From contig JAUCBJ010006457.1 in assembly GCA_032718475.1 (NCBI GenBank), positions 1-47,402 of the forward strand: a stretch of 47,402 nucleotides of DNA, in the 5' to 3' direction. Numbering within the stretch: position 1 is the stretch's first letter; each line of letters starts with the position of its first letter. Positions 10,535-23,324 of this stretch are shown piece by piece. This DNA is from Nemertoderma westbladi. Its lineage: Eukaryota > Animalia > Xenacoelomorpha. The notes beneath the pieces are model-generated. The model did not search any database. It was not told the origin of the DNA and saw nothing but the letters and a program-made list of their open reading frames with translations. Both the position numbers and the translations under genes were made by a program.

Positions 10535-12900
10535 TTAATTAACTATGATTGGATATATGAGCTTTAAACACTCAGGTATTTTAAAGACCTCAGAGGGAAC
10601 ACAATCTACTCCACTGGCACGATTGGTTTTAATGCTCTTTGCAGCAGCCTTCACTTCTGAAAAGGAGATATCGCCAGTGGGAATATCTGGGAGAACAGAC
10701 TCAGACACTTTTACTTCTATAAAGTTATCATGCAATACCCTGTCATTATTGAAGAGCTTTTCAAAGTGGGCCTTCAAACCATTGAGGCGATCGGCTGGTG
10801 ATTCAGCCTTAACCTTGGTGGTTGGTTGGCTTTTCCACCCACTAAGCAAGTTGATCGATTTCCATGCCTGGGTTGATCGCCTGCTGTCGTCATCATCATT
10901 GATGGCATCAACCTGTTGGTTTATTAGCTCCTGTTGATTAACAGAGTACTGCCTGTATGCAGCCTTAACTGCATTCTTAGCCGCTGTAGTCTGTTTGAGT
11001 CGGGACTCTTTCTGCACCTTATAGAGGTCATTTCGGCACTTCTGAATTTTGTGGTCAGACCAGGGGGTCCCTTTCCTGTTTCGAGGGTATACAGGAACTG
11101 TTTCTGCAGCTGCCAACGTAGCTTCTGTCGGGTCGAAGTGTAGATGCATTACTGTCTTGTATAGAGCTCCTGTATTTCCTACAAAACAGAATATGGTCTA
11201 TCTGGGACTTGTGACCACTGGGTCCACTATGAGTCCATAGCTTTCCAGTTCGCTTCTTGAACTGCGTCCCAGCCGAAAACAATCCATTTCCAGAGATAAA
11301 AGCGTGAAAATGGACGGAATTTCGGTTAACACTATTACTATAGACCCAGGGCGATGTAGGTGATTGATGCAGACTTGCATTAAAGTCTCCCAGAAATGAT
11401 AAGAATGCATGCTGATCCATTCCATCAGTAGCTGCTTGTTGATTGTGGTAGAAATTTTCCACCTCCTCTACATCAGACCATCCGCCATCGTATATCCATG
11501 CGCTACTACAACATTACCAGTTTGTACATGGACACCCAAGCTGCTTTAAATTTCTGGTGCTTAATATAATATAAAGTAGTATTGTGATACATAGCATAGC
11601 ATACATAGTACATACATTACAAACTTTACTTATCTATTTGTAAAACTTATTTATATATGAGTTATCATATTATTAAAAATACTTATAACATTTATTGTGA
11701 ACCTAAAGGACTAATTTTGTCAGCGAACCAATTACTTTTAGACATGTGCTTATATATTTTAGTCAATAATAATAATAATACAGGGGCAACACTAGTTGGA
11801 GAGTAGCACACAATCAGAACCACCTTAAGAAACTTCTTAGCCAGTCTTCCAGTACATGGGAAGTGGCAACGGATGATGCGGTTAGAGATTTGGTCTATTT
11901 TGTCCAATGCTGCATGTGCAGTTGGATTCATCAATAGACCAATTCCACCATTGCCACTATAATCTGCTGACGCGAGGGCGAGTCGCCAACCGCCCCCCAA
12001 GTCCTTAATCAGAACCTCACCAGTCTGTCCAGTCTGTATTCGGTGCTCTTGAACACCCACTGCGCTAAGATAAAGCTTATCTGCCAAGGCAGTCAGCTCA
12101 CCTTGTCGCATTGGGGACCCGAGTGTTAGGGTGTTTACTGAGGGTAGTCTAGTAACTTGCCTCAGATTCACCAATGGCTTGTTTGGTCGGGGTGGAACAT
12201 GAGAGTAGCCTCCAACTCCAGAATACCTCTCCCCCTCACAATTTGGCCTCCCTGGTGACCCAGGGTTTGGGCCAGATAGGTCACCAGGAAAGGGACTCAC
12301 AGAATTGTTGGCCGCTCTCTCTCCAGTAGGGGATGAGACAGGCAGCCGGTCAGGAGATAACTGACGCCTGTGAGGCCAATTGTGTCAGGTGATTCCACTA
12401 GCCTCTAGTGGCCAGACCTCCACATTACTAGTGTTATCCATAGTGGGGGTTGGGGGGTGCTTTTTGCCGAGTCAGCTCTCGGGGCCAGTACCACACCCTG
12501 ATTTGCCATTCCACAGGGTGGGTGTCGCAGTGGAGTCAGATATGAGGTGATATAGATGATATACCTACTCTGACGCACATGACCGCACATGCAATGCATG
12601 CCCTTTACCCCTTCTGCCAGGTGCAGGTCGCACTGAAGTAGACATGAGAACACTCTACACCTGACCAGCCATTGGTAGATTACCATCTGCCTGGCCAGGC
12701 CATATACCCCTGCAGCCAAGTATATGGGACCTTAATCCAGGACCAAGCGCGTCCTTATCCCAGAACGAAGGGGTCCTAGTTACATGACCTGATTTGCCCC
12801 GGTAAGCAGCCACAGGTGGCACCTCCTTCATGCTGGGTGGAGGTGGCAAGTTTTCTTGATCAATGGCCTAGAATACCTGACCTGACCTTCCAGAAGTGGA
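10535..12900 (-). mobile_element. RTE-like LINE, 5' part (GC-rich leader, APE endonuclease, linker), cut off at the start of RT
   Basis: VGVQEHR, GGIGLL, SNRII, VCYSPT, LGDFNA, WTH...SQIDHIL (APE motifs), then KTNRASGVDCVPSEVFK (start of the RT region). Frameshifted. Confidence 0.85.
11473..11782 (+). mobile_element. 310-bp retroposed insertion (SINE or LINE 3' end) inside the RTE endonuclease
   Basis: Ends in (AAT)n; TACA is duplicated at 11469-72 and 11779-82; removing it restores in-frame SPTSVAPVEEVENFY. Confidence 0.8.
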
Positions 12901-13639
12901 ATAAATAGAAAGGTGAATGTCAAGGGGGGGGGGGGGGGGGGGTGGCTGAACCTATTGGCACTACTAAAGAAGCCTGATACGCCATAATACTGTCATCGTC
13001 ATAATACTGTCATCAAATCAGGCTAAGCTCAATTGTAATGTAAAGGCTTAGTAGGTTTTGTATATCTGGGACGTTTACAACAGCTGTCGATTAAACTAAC
13101 AAAACCAGAAAACTGAACCAGGGTGCCAACCGGGTACCAACTGCTGTTGGGTAGACTTAATGGAACATTTCACAAACTTTCATAGGAGGCTTGTACATGT
13201 ACATTATATTGGTTGCTCCGATGTTTGTATTAGGCTAACTGAGAATGTATCAGGTATAAATACTGTAATTAGTGTTCATTATTTTATTTATCTAATAAAG
13301 AAGACCCCTCCGCAGAATAAACTGATCTTTTGGGCTCTCAGGTTGCGGATATGGATACAATTCACACATCATCGTAGTAATTGTGATTATGATTTGTTTG
13401 CCTAGGCGAATGTGTATTACATTAGATGAGAAGCAGTTTTTTGGTTGATGCAAGTCATTCTTGGTTTGCATCTTCCAATCCCATCTGTTTCTTGGAGTCC
13501 GTGTAAGACAGGTTCGTTTAAAGCCATCTTGATGGCGTTCTAGTTTAATGAAGCTCTACCCCATTAATCAATAGTATAACAGAATATGTAATGCATTGAT
13601 TGATAGTATCTATATTATTTAATTGTTTTACATCAGTAA

Positions 13640-15550
13640 TTATTGTTCACTGCAGGCCATTTATTCTATTTAATAAATACACAATATTCTGGAACAATTT
13701 GTTTATGTATGATTAGCTACGCAATATAGCCTAGAAAATCAAAGCGTACAACAATTACGGTTTCACCTGAGATATCATTTCGCTATATTAGCATCACACT
13801 GACGATAGCTAAACTCTGGGAGCTATCACTGCTAAAGGACTTATCTTTGTTGCCAACTAATAATCTCCAACTTGGCTATAAGCCTGGTTCTGGATCTGAC
13901 ATAGCACATCTAGTCGCTAATAGTGTTCTCAATAAGTTCACGAGGAAAAATTCACCTGTATACTTGATGAGTGTGGATCTCACGTCTGCTTTTGATAATG
14001 TCTGCCATGCCAAGTTATTTGAGAAGCTCAGAAAGACTGTGTTAAATCCCAATATTATCGATGCTTTAGATTCTTTCTACTCCCAATCCAAAGCATTTAT
14101 AACAGCTGACGGTCATATAATTAAAAGTCCAATCCCTATTCAGAAAGGTGTACGTCAAGGGGGAATCCTATCTCCTCTTTTATTCAATTTCTACTTGAAA
14201 GACCTTATTGATGAGATGGAACAAAGCGGCTTGGGTGTTCATATAGGGCAACATTCATTTGCAGTAGTAAATTATGCTGATGACATAATATTAATTTCGA
14301 ACATGAAAATAGACCTCATAAATCTGCTGAACATATCATCGAACTATTTTCAAGAACACGACTTGCAGCTAAATGTAACAAAGTGTCATTTTATTTCGCT
14401 AGATACCAAGGGGAAGGCCATATTAGACGACAATATAGTTTTCAATGGGGAGACAATTACATCAACGCTAGTATGCAAGTATATGGGATTGCCTATTCCT
14501 TGCGATCAAGCATCAATGTTTTCTTTTCTAAATGGGAAGATTTGGGGTAATGCAGCTCAAATGACCCGGAATGGGTTTTCAATTACCGATGTCCCCTTAA
14601 AAATAACCAAACTGATATGGAATGTGATTTGTATCCCAAGTATTATCTATGGAGCAGCAAGTCTATCTTCTATTAACATTGATGTTATTGCGAAACAGAT
14701 AAGAAAGGCTATGCGCTCGATTCTACATTTAGACAACAAGATATCAAACTATATGTTATATAAGTTGTTTGACTTGAATATAGAGGTGCTACTAAGGCTA
14801 CAACAATTCAATTTCATCCATCGGATATTCAATACCGGAAGTTCTAAGATAACATGGCTCTTCACGAATATCCTCTGTGATCATTGTATTGGGTCTACCA
14901 TAGATATGTTCTCTTCTTATAAAATTTCGTCATGGGAATACGAGTTACCTAACTTATTGTCCCTAGCTGTGTCAAGTTATTCTACCAAACACTGTGGCAA
15001 CAAAGTTAAGAAAACATGTAATGATCTTATGTCTCACAAAGAGGTGTTTTTATCTATTTATTGTATTGATATTTTAAATAAATATAACTTAAACACTTTT
15101 GCACGACTATCAGTACTAAAAGAAATGTTAATGTAAATTTTAATTTATAATGCCAATTTTGAATGGATATTATTATAGCACCGGGGCCATCCCGGATTTT
15201 AATATATATATATATATAGATATTGTATAGGCATAACACTGTTGCCTACCAACTCATAAAATAAATAACATGTTCTAGAATTTTGTGATTTATTAAATAG
15301 AATAAATGGCTTGCAGCGAACAATAATTCTTGCAATCTTTGAACGCCTATTTCTCAGCTGTTTCTCAATGAAATTCAGATATTGCTACATATTTGGAATC
15401 CTTGCAACGCAAGCTTTCTATTGATGTGAAAAAATTACGACTATAGTGAAGAATGGCAATGATACAGAGGGTGCGATTTCGCAATAGACACTTTTTTAAA
15501 ACGCTTATAAATAAAATTTAAAGGCGAAATCGAAAATTCCGGCTTCATGG
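13640..15550. mobile_element. Foldback/MITE family element split at its palindromic centre by a LINE
   Basis: 13640-13700 is the inverted copy of about 15270-15326 (TATTGTTC.CTGCA.GCCATTTATTCTATTTAATAAAT). Relatives lie at about 18590-18860 and 43750-43980, the latter with an uninterrupted centre. Confidence 0.7.
13730..15218 (+). mobile_element. 5'-truncated CR1/L2-group LINE with an uninterrupted RT frame (ORF to 15136)
   Basis: FRYISI..IAKLWE, QLGYK, VDLTSAFDNV, KGVRQGGILSPLLFNFY, NYADD, KYMG. 3' stem-loop CCGGG-GCCAT-CCCGG (15181-95) and a (TA)n tail. Confidence 0.9.
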
Positions 15551-15599
15551 TAACAACCACGGTGAGTTTAACTAATTGTGTTTCAAATTTCAAACAATA

Positions 15600-15923
15600 T
15601 GATAAAGATTTGTAGAAAAATTTGGGGGGGGGGGGGGTCCGTGTCATCAGAAAATGACACTATATCACGGGTCATGGTGTATATGAATTCCAGCTAATTA
15701 ATTGTAAACACCAAAAACCAGTGAAAATCAAAAATAGAGATGTTTCAAATCATATTTCATGAAATTAACTTTTAAAAACGTCTCAAAAAAGGTGTCAGAA
15801 GTAGGGTTAAAAAATGGTGCTATAACTCGAAAACTTTCCAATATTTTTGAAAACCGATTTCACTATTATGAAGACAATAGATTTTTAGGAAAAGTTGTAG
15901 AATTTCAGATTTCAGAAACCCCC

Positions 15924-15957
<34 letters not shown>

Positions 15958-15972
15958 GTTTAATAGGGTTAA
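15600..15972. mobile_element. piggyBac-like non-autonomous element end
   Basis: Poly-C...CCGGGTTTAATAGGG|TTAA terminus; a similar end CCGGAACTAATAGGG|TTAA occurs at 45961-45979. Left boundary uncertain. Confidence 0.45.
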
Positions 15973-16375
15973 ATCAAGAAGCTGCTTTTTATATGTTTCT
16001 TAATAGGGTAGTACTTGCTGCCTTTAGGTAGTACTAATTACCTAGGCGGTTAATACTACTGTAGTACCTGATGCCTAGGTTCTACGGTTGTTCTACGGTA
16101 GTACTTAGTGCTGAGGTACCAGGTACTATGCTATTATAATTTTACGGTAGTATTAGCTGCCTGTTACTGTACACCGTCACAGCATTCTTAATATATATGT
16201 AATATATTATAATGCAGCTGCAATCCAGCATGCTGGGTCGTAGTAATAGTAGTATCAACAATGTCCCCTTGAGAGTCGTGATTAAATTTGCTATTTATTT
16301 TATCATTATTTATTTATTATTAGTATTTATTAATATATTTATTATCACCCTATTTATATGCTGCATATTATATAG

Positions 16376-16635
16376 ATTACTTTGAGAAAATGAGCATTTC
16401 TCAAGGTTTACCAACGTACTCAGACAGCGTCTTGGAAAACGGCCACACTGCCCGAGCCGTTGATGGTAACCGGAATGGTTTCTACGTCACAGAGTACTCC
16501 AGTTTCCGGAGCAACAACCGCGGCAACCATTGGTACAATGTTGATCTCGGTATCTCACTTTCTGTCGGTCGAATTATCATTTATAACAGACAAGATGGCG
16601 GATCCGGAATTACTGGAAGAATTGTCGGAACAAAG
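16376..16635 (+). CDS. F-type lectin (fucolectin/FTP) domain protein, penultimate exon
   Basis: Acceptor tatag|AT and donor AAG|gtagat. ISQGLPTYSDS...ARAVDGN...WYNVDLG...IIIYNRQD is the F-type lectin fold signature. Upstream exons not identified. Confidence 0.85.
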
Positions 16636-16900
16636 GTAGATATGTTTTAAGTTATAGACAGATGTAGATGAACAGGGTAATTATTTAGACTTGTTTAAGC
16701 TGTTCTGAGTCTTGGGTGATCCACACCTTAAACCCCTCCACTCTGCTTCAACAAATACCCTTGTTCCCAGGTATCGACAGACAAGGATGATAGATAGCCT
16801 GGACTAAACTGAGTTATACATATATTTATTAGATTTAGTTAGATGCTATTTAGATATTTCTTTAGATTTATAAAAGCACAATTTGTTTATTTTGTATTAG

Positions 16901-17101
16901 GTATTTGTACTGAACCAAAACGACGCTACTTTTATGAATTCCCTTGGTTCCAACACCGCTGATCTTTGCGGACAGCTCACTATCGATAAGTATATCTACG
17001 ATGTTGACTGCCAAGACAAGACTGGGAGATTTGCCGCAGTTTTCCTGCCATCCGATAGCGTTCTCAGCTTTGCTGAAATAGAAGTTTATGAGAACAAATA
17101 A
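16901..17101 (+). CDS. F-type lectin domain protein, last exon
   Basis: Acceptor ttttgtattag|GTA in phase 0 matches the previous donor. VFVL...LCG...VDC...GRFAAVFL...LSFAEIEVYENK* completes the domain. Confidence 0.85.
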   Translation, partial: VFVLNQNDATFMNSLGSNTADLCGQLTIDKYIYDVDCQDKTGRFAAVFLPSDSVLSFAEIEVYENK

Positions 17102-17885
17102 GACCCCATGTCATTAGAGCTTCGTAACATCAAGCTCAATAATATTTATAGTAAAAACAATATGTTTACTGTTAATTTAGTGTTAGTTTATATATCAATT
17201 AATCAAGTTTCCTGTACTGCTCGCTGCATAATCTACATTATTTTGTATGAATCTTCTAAATTTGGCGTTTCATAACAAAAAATTGTAACCGATAAGTTTC
17301 GTGGAGCCGAGAATGCTGATTCAGAAAAACCAAGTTTCGAAAATTTTCGCCCAAAATTGTTAGACTAGTAGTGTTTTTTAATGAAATTAACAATTTCTCT
17401 GGTGGTCGCTAGAAGGCGACGTAAATTTGAAATTTTTTTTTTGAACCCAATCTTCGGCCATATGTTAATCCCCCGAAAGGTATAAAATATACGAAACTAC
17501 CCACAACCAGAAATTATAGGTATCTTAATTGATCTTAATCTTTCGAAAAGTGAAAGGAGCAGAAACAGCTCGACAATAAACGAAAGTCAATTACAAATGT
17601 TACAATTTTATTTTTGGTGACAATTTTAAACACAATAACTGAATAAATCGGACAAGATTTGACATTTGCCTCGGAACTTTATTTCAAAAATTCGCGAAAA
17701 ATTCGCGAATAAAACGAGTAGATTAATTTTTATGCACGAATTTGAACTTCTGCCTTGACTTTAACACCCTGGTAGCTAAATGAATGGAAGCGGTGTTGCT
17801 GCAGTTATAAATCCTGCCTTTAAAATTACTTATTTTACCAATTTACCCAAAATATTGTATATTTATTGATAAAGGCACCAGTTAC

Positions 17886-19134
17886 GGGGGTGTAAACGTT
17901 ACGCCGACAGCCGACAACCGACAGCCGACAACCGACAACCAATAGCCGACAACCAACAGCCGACAACTGACAGCCGACAGCCGAGAACCGACAGCCGACA
18001 ACCGACAGTTGACAGCCGACAGTTGACAACCGACAGATGACAACCTACAACCGACAGCCGACAACTGACAGCCGACAACCGACAAACCGACAGCCGACAA
18101 CCGATAGCCGACAGCCGACAGCCGACAGCCGACAACCGACAGCCGACAACCGACAGCCGACAACCGACAGCCAACAACCGACAGCCGACAGAATTTAATT
18201 AAATAGAATGCTGTAATTCTGAATGTAATTAAATAACAACAATAAAAGAGAAATTTGGTGAAGAAAAATATTCATAAACTATTGGTAATCATTTCTAAAC
18301 GAAATTGAGCCTTGTGTTCTTTTAAACTCGGCCCATGTGAAGAATACCAGACTTTCTGCCGTTATATTTCACTTTGTAGTTACCCCCATGAGAAGAATAG
18401 CAGGTTTTCACCAAAACCACAGGCTACAGAAACGCTGAATCTAACCAAAACAATAAACTAATAAGTATATGTACAGGTTATAAGACAGAAATAAGCGCTA
18501 TAAAACACTTAATATAGATAAATTAAAAAAAAATAAAAAATCTTCATATATAAAATTCCAACTTTCCACGTTTCATTTCCCGACCTCTTACTGGGTGAAC
18601 CCGAATTTTTATTTTTGCTTTCAATCTTTAGCTACAAGCGTTTAAAAAAAGTGTCTCCGTCGATATTGCACCAGTTATTCTTCTACCTTATAGCTGTTAC
18701 TTGGTACGGCTAGAAAGCTGGCCATGCAAGGATTCCAAATATGTAGCACAACCTGAATTTCGTTGAAAAATAGCTGAGGCGGGCTTTCAAAACTTGCATG
18801 GTTTTGCATCAGCGCTGGGCTATTTTATTATATTTAATAAAATACACCATATTCTTAAAACAAATACAAATTCTTCATATAAATAGTAGTAATATATAAT
18901 ACAGTATATCGACCGAAAAGTGACAACCGTCGGTTGTCTGCTGTCAGCTGTCGGCTTTCTGCTGTCGGCTGTCGGTTGTCGGCTGTCGGCTGTCGGTTGT
19001 CGGCTGTCGGTTGTCGGCTGTCGGCTTGTCGGCTGTCGGTTGTCGGTTGTCGGTTGTCGGCTGTCGGTTGTCGGCTGTCGGTTGTCGGTTGTCGGCTGTC
19101 GGTTGTCGGCTGTCGGTGTAACGTTTACACCCCC
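17886..19134. mobile_element. Non-autonomous foldback DNA transposon with heptamer subterminal arrays
   Basis: Inverted termini GGGGGTGTAAACGTTAC(G/A)CCGACA; (CCGACA[A/G])n at about 17904-18190 and its reverse complement at about 18928-19116. No clean TSD; superfamily not assigned. Confidence 0.9.
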
Positions 19135-21125
19135 AGTACGGTGCCATATTGATTTGTTTCTTACAAATTATTCTTTAGTAAACGTTCTTACGCCATGTTA
19201 TTCGATCTAATTTGTACTGTAAAGGCCTACTAAACCTCAAATGGAATACGTGATGCTTATTGGCTATGCTCCTTGCTGATAAAGCTAGTATATAAGTGCG
19301 GTTGTGCTATGATTGATTTTACTCTTTTTGTTATTGAATGACAGAAGAAGTCGCACTGCCCATGCAGAGGCTTTGATCCCCGGTCAAGTTTAATTGACTG
19401 CTGGTTACTACAGGCCTAAGGTCTAAACTTAAAGAGTTAATAATTGGATTATAATTATTCATCGCTACATTGTATATTCTACTGGTTTATTCAATTTATC
19501 TTTATTATTTGCTTAATATATCGCCGATATTACGTAATCAAGGAGGTTTTACACGCGCCACATACAACAGGTGGGTTGCTGTAACTAAGAATCAGCCCTA
19601 ATCTGGACAATTGTATCAGATTGTTATATCTCTGACTTACTAAATAATTAATATATGGCGATATTTCAGACCATTAATGTAAGCAAAGCTCTCATTATTA
19701 ATTACATCACGATTGAGAGTTGTCACAAATTGAATACTGTAGCGATATCAATATAATTAGACCCAAAGACTTGTCACTATACGTTTCCTCTAACGGGAAA
19801 CACAATCACCAGACTTGAGTTCTTACATAATTAATTAGTCAGTCATTTACTTGGTGGGATAAATATTTCTCCATTTGACGCAACACCGCCGCGGCCGCTA
19901 TGAGGGAGGTGAATACCGCGGCCGCTCCTAAAGCCGCAGGCCATCGCTAACTATATAGGTTAACTTGGGATTCTGGGGGACTTTTCGATGAAGGAACTGA
20001 CCAAACTTTTTTATTTTCTCACCAGGGGAGCGGCTCGGAATTCTAAGATATTAGCAACTCTAACATTATTAAATCTAACCCTTCGACGGACACGGCGGAC
20101 AAAAATCCGTCATTTTTTCGACAATTTTAAAAAATTTTTGAAAGGCGCTCTACAGTGGCTCGAAAAAACCCTAGGTTATTGCTTAGCCGACGCCGGGATA
20201 CGATAGAAGGGATTAATTAGTGAATTCGTTTTTTTTTTCAAAAAAGATTACCACGCCTTTTTTCCGAAAATGTCCGTCAAAGTTGAAAAAACGGACGAAA
20301 TGACTTTGCGGGATCCGCCATAACTCGGCTAATATTAATCGTACGGGGACGAAAGTAACGCGGTTGGAAAGGGGAAGAGTGGTACTACCTTCGTATCGAA
20401 TGGGGTAAGATATTTATTAAAATTTCGGGTGGAAAAAGGGGCTGTAAATTTGTACGTTTTTGTCCGTCTTTTTTGGAATACTTATTTCCGAAATATTTAA
20501 TTCGACAACGCGGGTAGGAATCCACTAATTCTTTTATGAAACTCGTAGAAGACCATTGGGGCTACGTTCCTATCGAATGGGGGTACAAAAAATATGTCGG
20601 CAATAGGGGCCAAAAAGGGCCAGAATTTGTAAAGTAGTTTTTATCGAATAATTTTGTATTTTTAACTTTAGTTGGTTAAGGTACATTCTATACAGTCAAT
20701 ATCCATACGGGGAATTCAAATATGCTATCGGTTTTGCTCCAAGGATGATATTAAAAAAATGAGGGCCAAAATTATAATTTCGCGCTTCAAACTCGCTTCG
20801 CGGGAAATCGTCTAGCTCGAAAACTACTTAACTTACGGGAGATTTGTTTACACAGACTTATACAGTAGTGCGTTATCAAATTAACTCCGCTATCTTTTAT
20901 CTTAACATATATAATTAATTAAGGGTCGAAAAATATCGCGTTATTTTGGCCCTTTTTTTTAATTTTTTTGGGGCCAAAAATAACCCCTTCTCAAAAGATT
21001 AAGAAAAAAATTACGGCAAAGAATATACCAATTTTATTGAATTTGGACCACCAGAAACCGAAGTTAGAGCGATTTTAGTAAAAAAATAAAAATAATTTTT
21101 TTTGCAAAAAAATTAAGAATGGTCA

Positions 21126-21198
21126 GGTCAATATTGGATTTCGAACCCGCGAACTTAGGTTTCATTAACGTGATTGATAACCACTAGACTATGTGACC
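21126..21198 (-). other. tRNA-like sequence (pseudogene or SINE head) within an unclassified repeat-like region of about 20077-21860
   Basis: 73 nt: GGTCACA-TAGTCTAGTGG (A box)...GGTTCGAAATCC (B box)...TGACC; the anticodon arm is unpaired. Confidence 0.55.
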
Positions 21199-23324
21199 AA
21201 GAGAATTTGAAATTTTCAAGTGACTATTTTTAAACATAAATAACTTCGGTTCTACAGGGCCGTTTAATCTGAAACTTTTTTCATTGGATAGAGGATAGAT
21301 TGTAGTGTGTGAAATAGGATAAAACTTGGGAAAAGACTTATGTGCACTTAGTGCAAAATGCACTTAAATAGTGAACATTTTTTCGATATTTCAAACACTG
21401 TTATTTCCAGTTCTATTCATCGTAGAATGTTATTTTTTGGGTTAAAATGTAGTTTGGAATGATTTCTAACTATAATCGTAACATTTGTTTAACTTTTTAT
21501 GTCTATAAAGTGACTTAAAAATGTCCATGAATATGGTCCAAAATCGCAAATCCAGATTTATTAAATTGGATTTTTGACACTTTTAGCGACTGACGCTTGA
21601 TCATACACCATCGTAGATCGGTAGAGGATAAACATAAGTTTGTTAAATAAGAGCCACCATTACGATCTTCTAAAGTGCATTTGTACAAATAAGTGTGCAA
21701 AAGTGCAAATTTTTTAATAAGGTCAAATTAAATAGTATTGGGTTCTTTTCTTTGCAGATACTTTATTTTCATATTGATATGTTGTTTGAACCTTACTGAG
21801 CGCATTAGGGGATATGCGTACAAATAACCGGCCCTTATGAGGCTTCGATTGGGTAAATTAATAAAACATAAGGTAGTATAGTATAATATTCTAAAAACCA
21901 GTGTGATATTAAATGCACTTTAAATAATAAATAGAAATCAAATAACAATTGGACCACACAATTAAAAACTCAAACAATTTTGTACTTATTATATCGCTTC
22001 AAATTAATTCAACAGTGGATATTTGGGGGAAGGGGGAAGTTACAGTGTGCATTCGGGGGAAGTTTGGTGAACTGCATTTATGCAGTGAATCCAAACTTCC
22101 TTCCCCCTTTGATATATCATATACTTAAGACATGCTAGGGTGACGGGGAAATATTTGTTGCTGTCACACTTTGCTTCCATTAATCCTATCCTTTATTATT
22201 ACCCCAGTCAGATAAGAGATAATAAATCAGTAAAAACTAAACTAAACTGTCTTTCATGCAAACAAATTTCTAACTAAAGACGGGTGAATGACCATGACCA
22301 TGGAAATAATTTTAAATATAATTGTATATCAACTATTTGGGGAGGCTTCCAAGTTAAACCCGAAAACAATTATTTTGTTACATATATAGTAAATAACGTT
22401 GTATGTTCTTCTTCCTCTCATAATAAAATATAAATGAAATATCTCAGAATGCTATGCCCTGTAACATTTCACAACCAAAATATTTAAGTGTGTAAAGTGT
22501 AGGCCTACCACACTCCGCCCAAACAACCGCAAACGCATAGCCAACAAATTTAACAAAAGGTTACATACATGTTGGGTTCATGACGAGATGAGTGAAAATT
22601 GATCGCGTAATATAAAGTAAAAAATTAAGAGACGGGCTGGCTCTCCTCCACTTTCTTACCCAATGGATATGTTGTTGTAATAATCTAATATTGGGGCGGC
22701 TTTCTCTCGTTATACTTTGTTGTCACACCCTCCCGGTATAGTATCTCAGTCAAATACAATAGATAATCAAATACCGTATTGAACTAAGTGAAATATAGAG
22801 CAAATCAATGCATCGAAGGGTAAATAAACAGATACAGTGAGCGGCCCTTGTTGACAGGTACACTAGCGCACTCCCGTTTATTGTATCAGACCGGACATCT
22901 TGCCTTCATTTTTGCATGGTTTATTAAGTAACAGAAAAGAGAACAAGCAATCTTAGATAAGCTTTTTTCAGTTCACATGTTTATAATCATAAACACAAAA
23001 TGATTCAAATATTCCTTTTTGCAATGTACCGGATGGGTGCTAGCGAGGTAGGCCTAGCAGGTCGTCAGTCCGTCATCCTACAAGTTGGATCTTGACTCTA
23101 TCATGTGCGTGCATCTATATGATGCAGACCATCCTGAGCCCGTGAACATGAATTGTAAAGGCTATCTCGAGGCTGATTTTTTACACATTTACTTGATACT
23201 TGCATGAATGCGTCTTGGAGGTAAAATTGCATTATTCTGCAGTTGTTTTGTTATCGGACAAATTACTGATCAGCAAGCAGGAAATTATAACAGCAGTTAT
23301 TGCATCATCGTAACCACTCTGTTC

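Noticed and set aside
12923-12943. Poly-G/poly-C tracts (also 15925, 26998, 34746, 34923, 41429) as special G4 elements
   Set aside because: Homopolymers mostly tied to MITE ends; lengths are unreliable and nothing further supports a function.
17835-19210. ORFs reading (VGCRLS)n or (RQPTAD)n
   Set aside because: Translations of the heptamer arrays.
20077-21860. Complete piggyBac-like element starting TAACCCTTCGACGG
   Set aside because: No matching right terminal repeat or transposase found.
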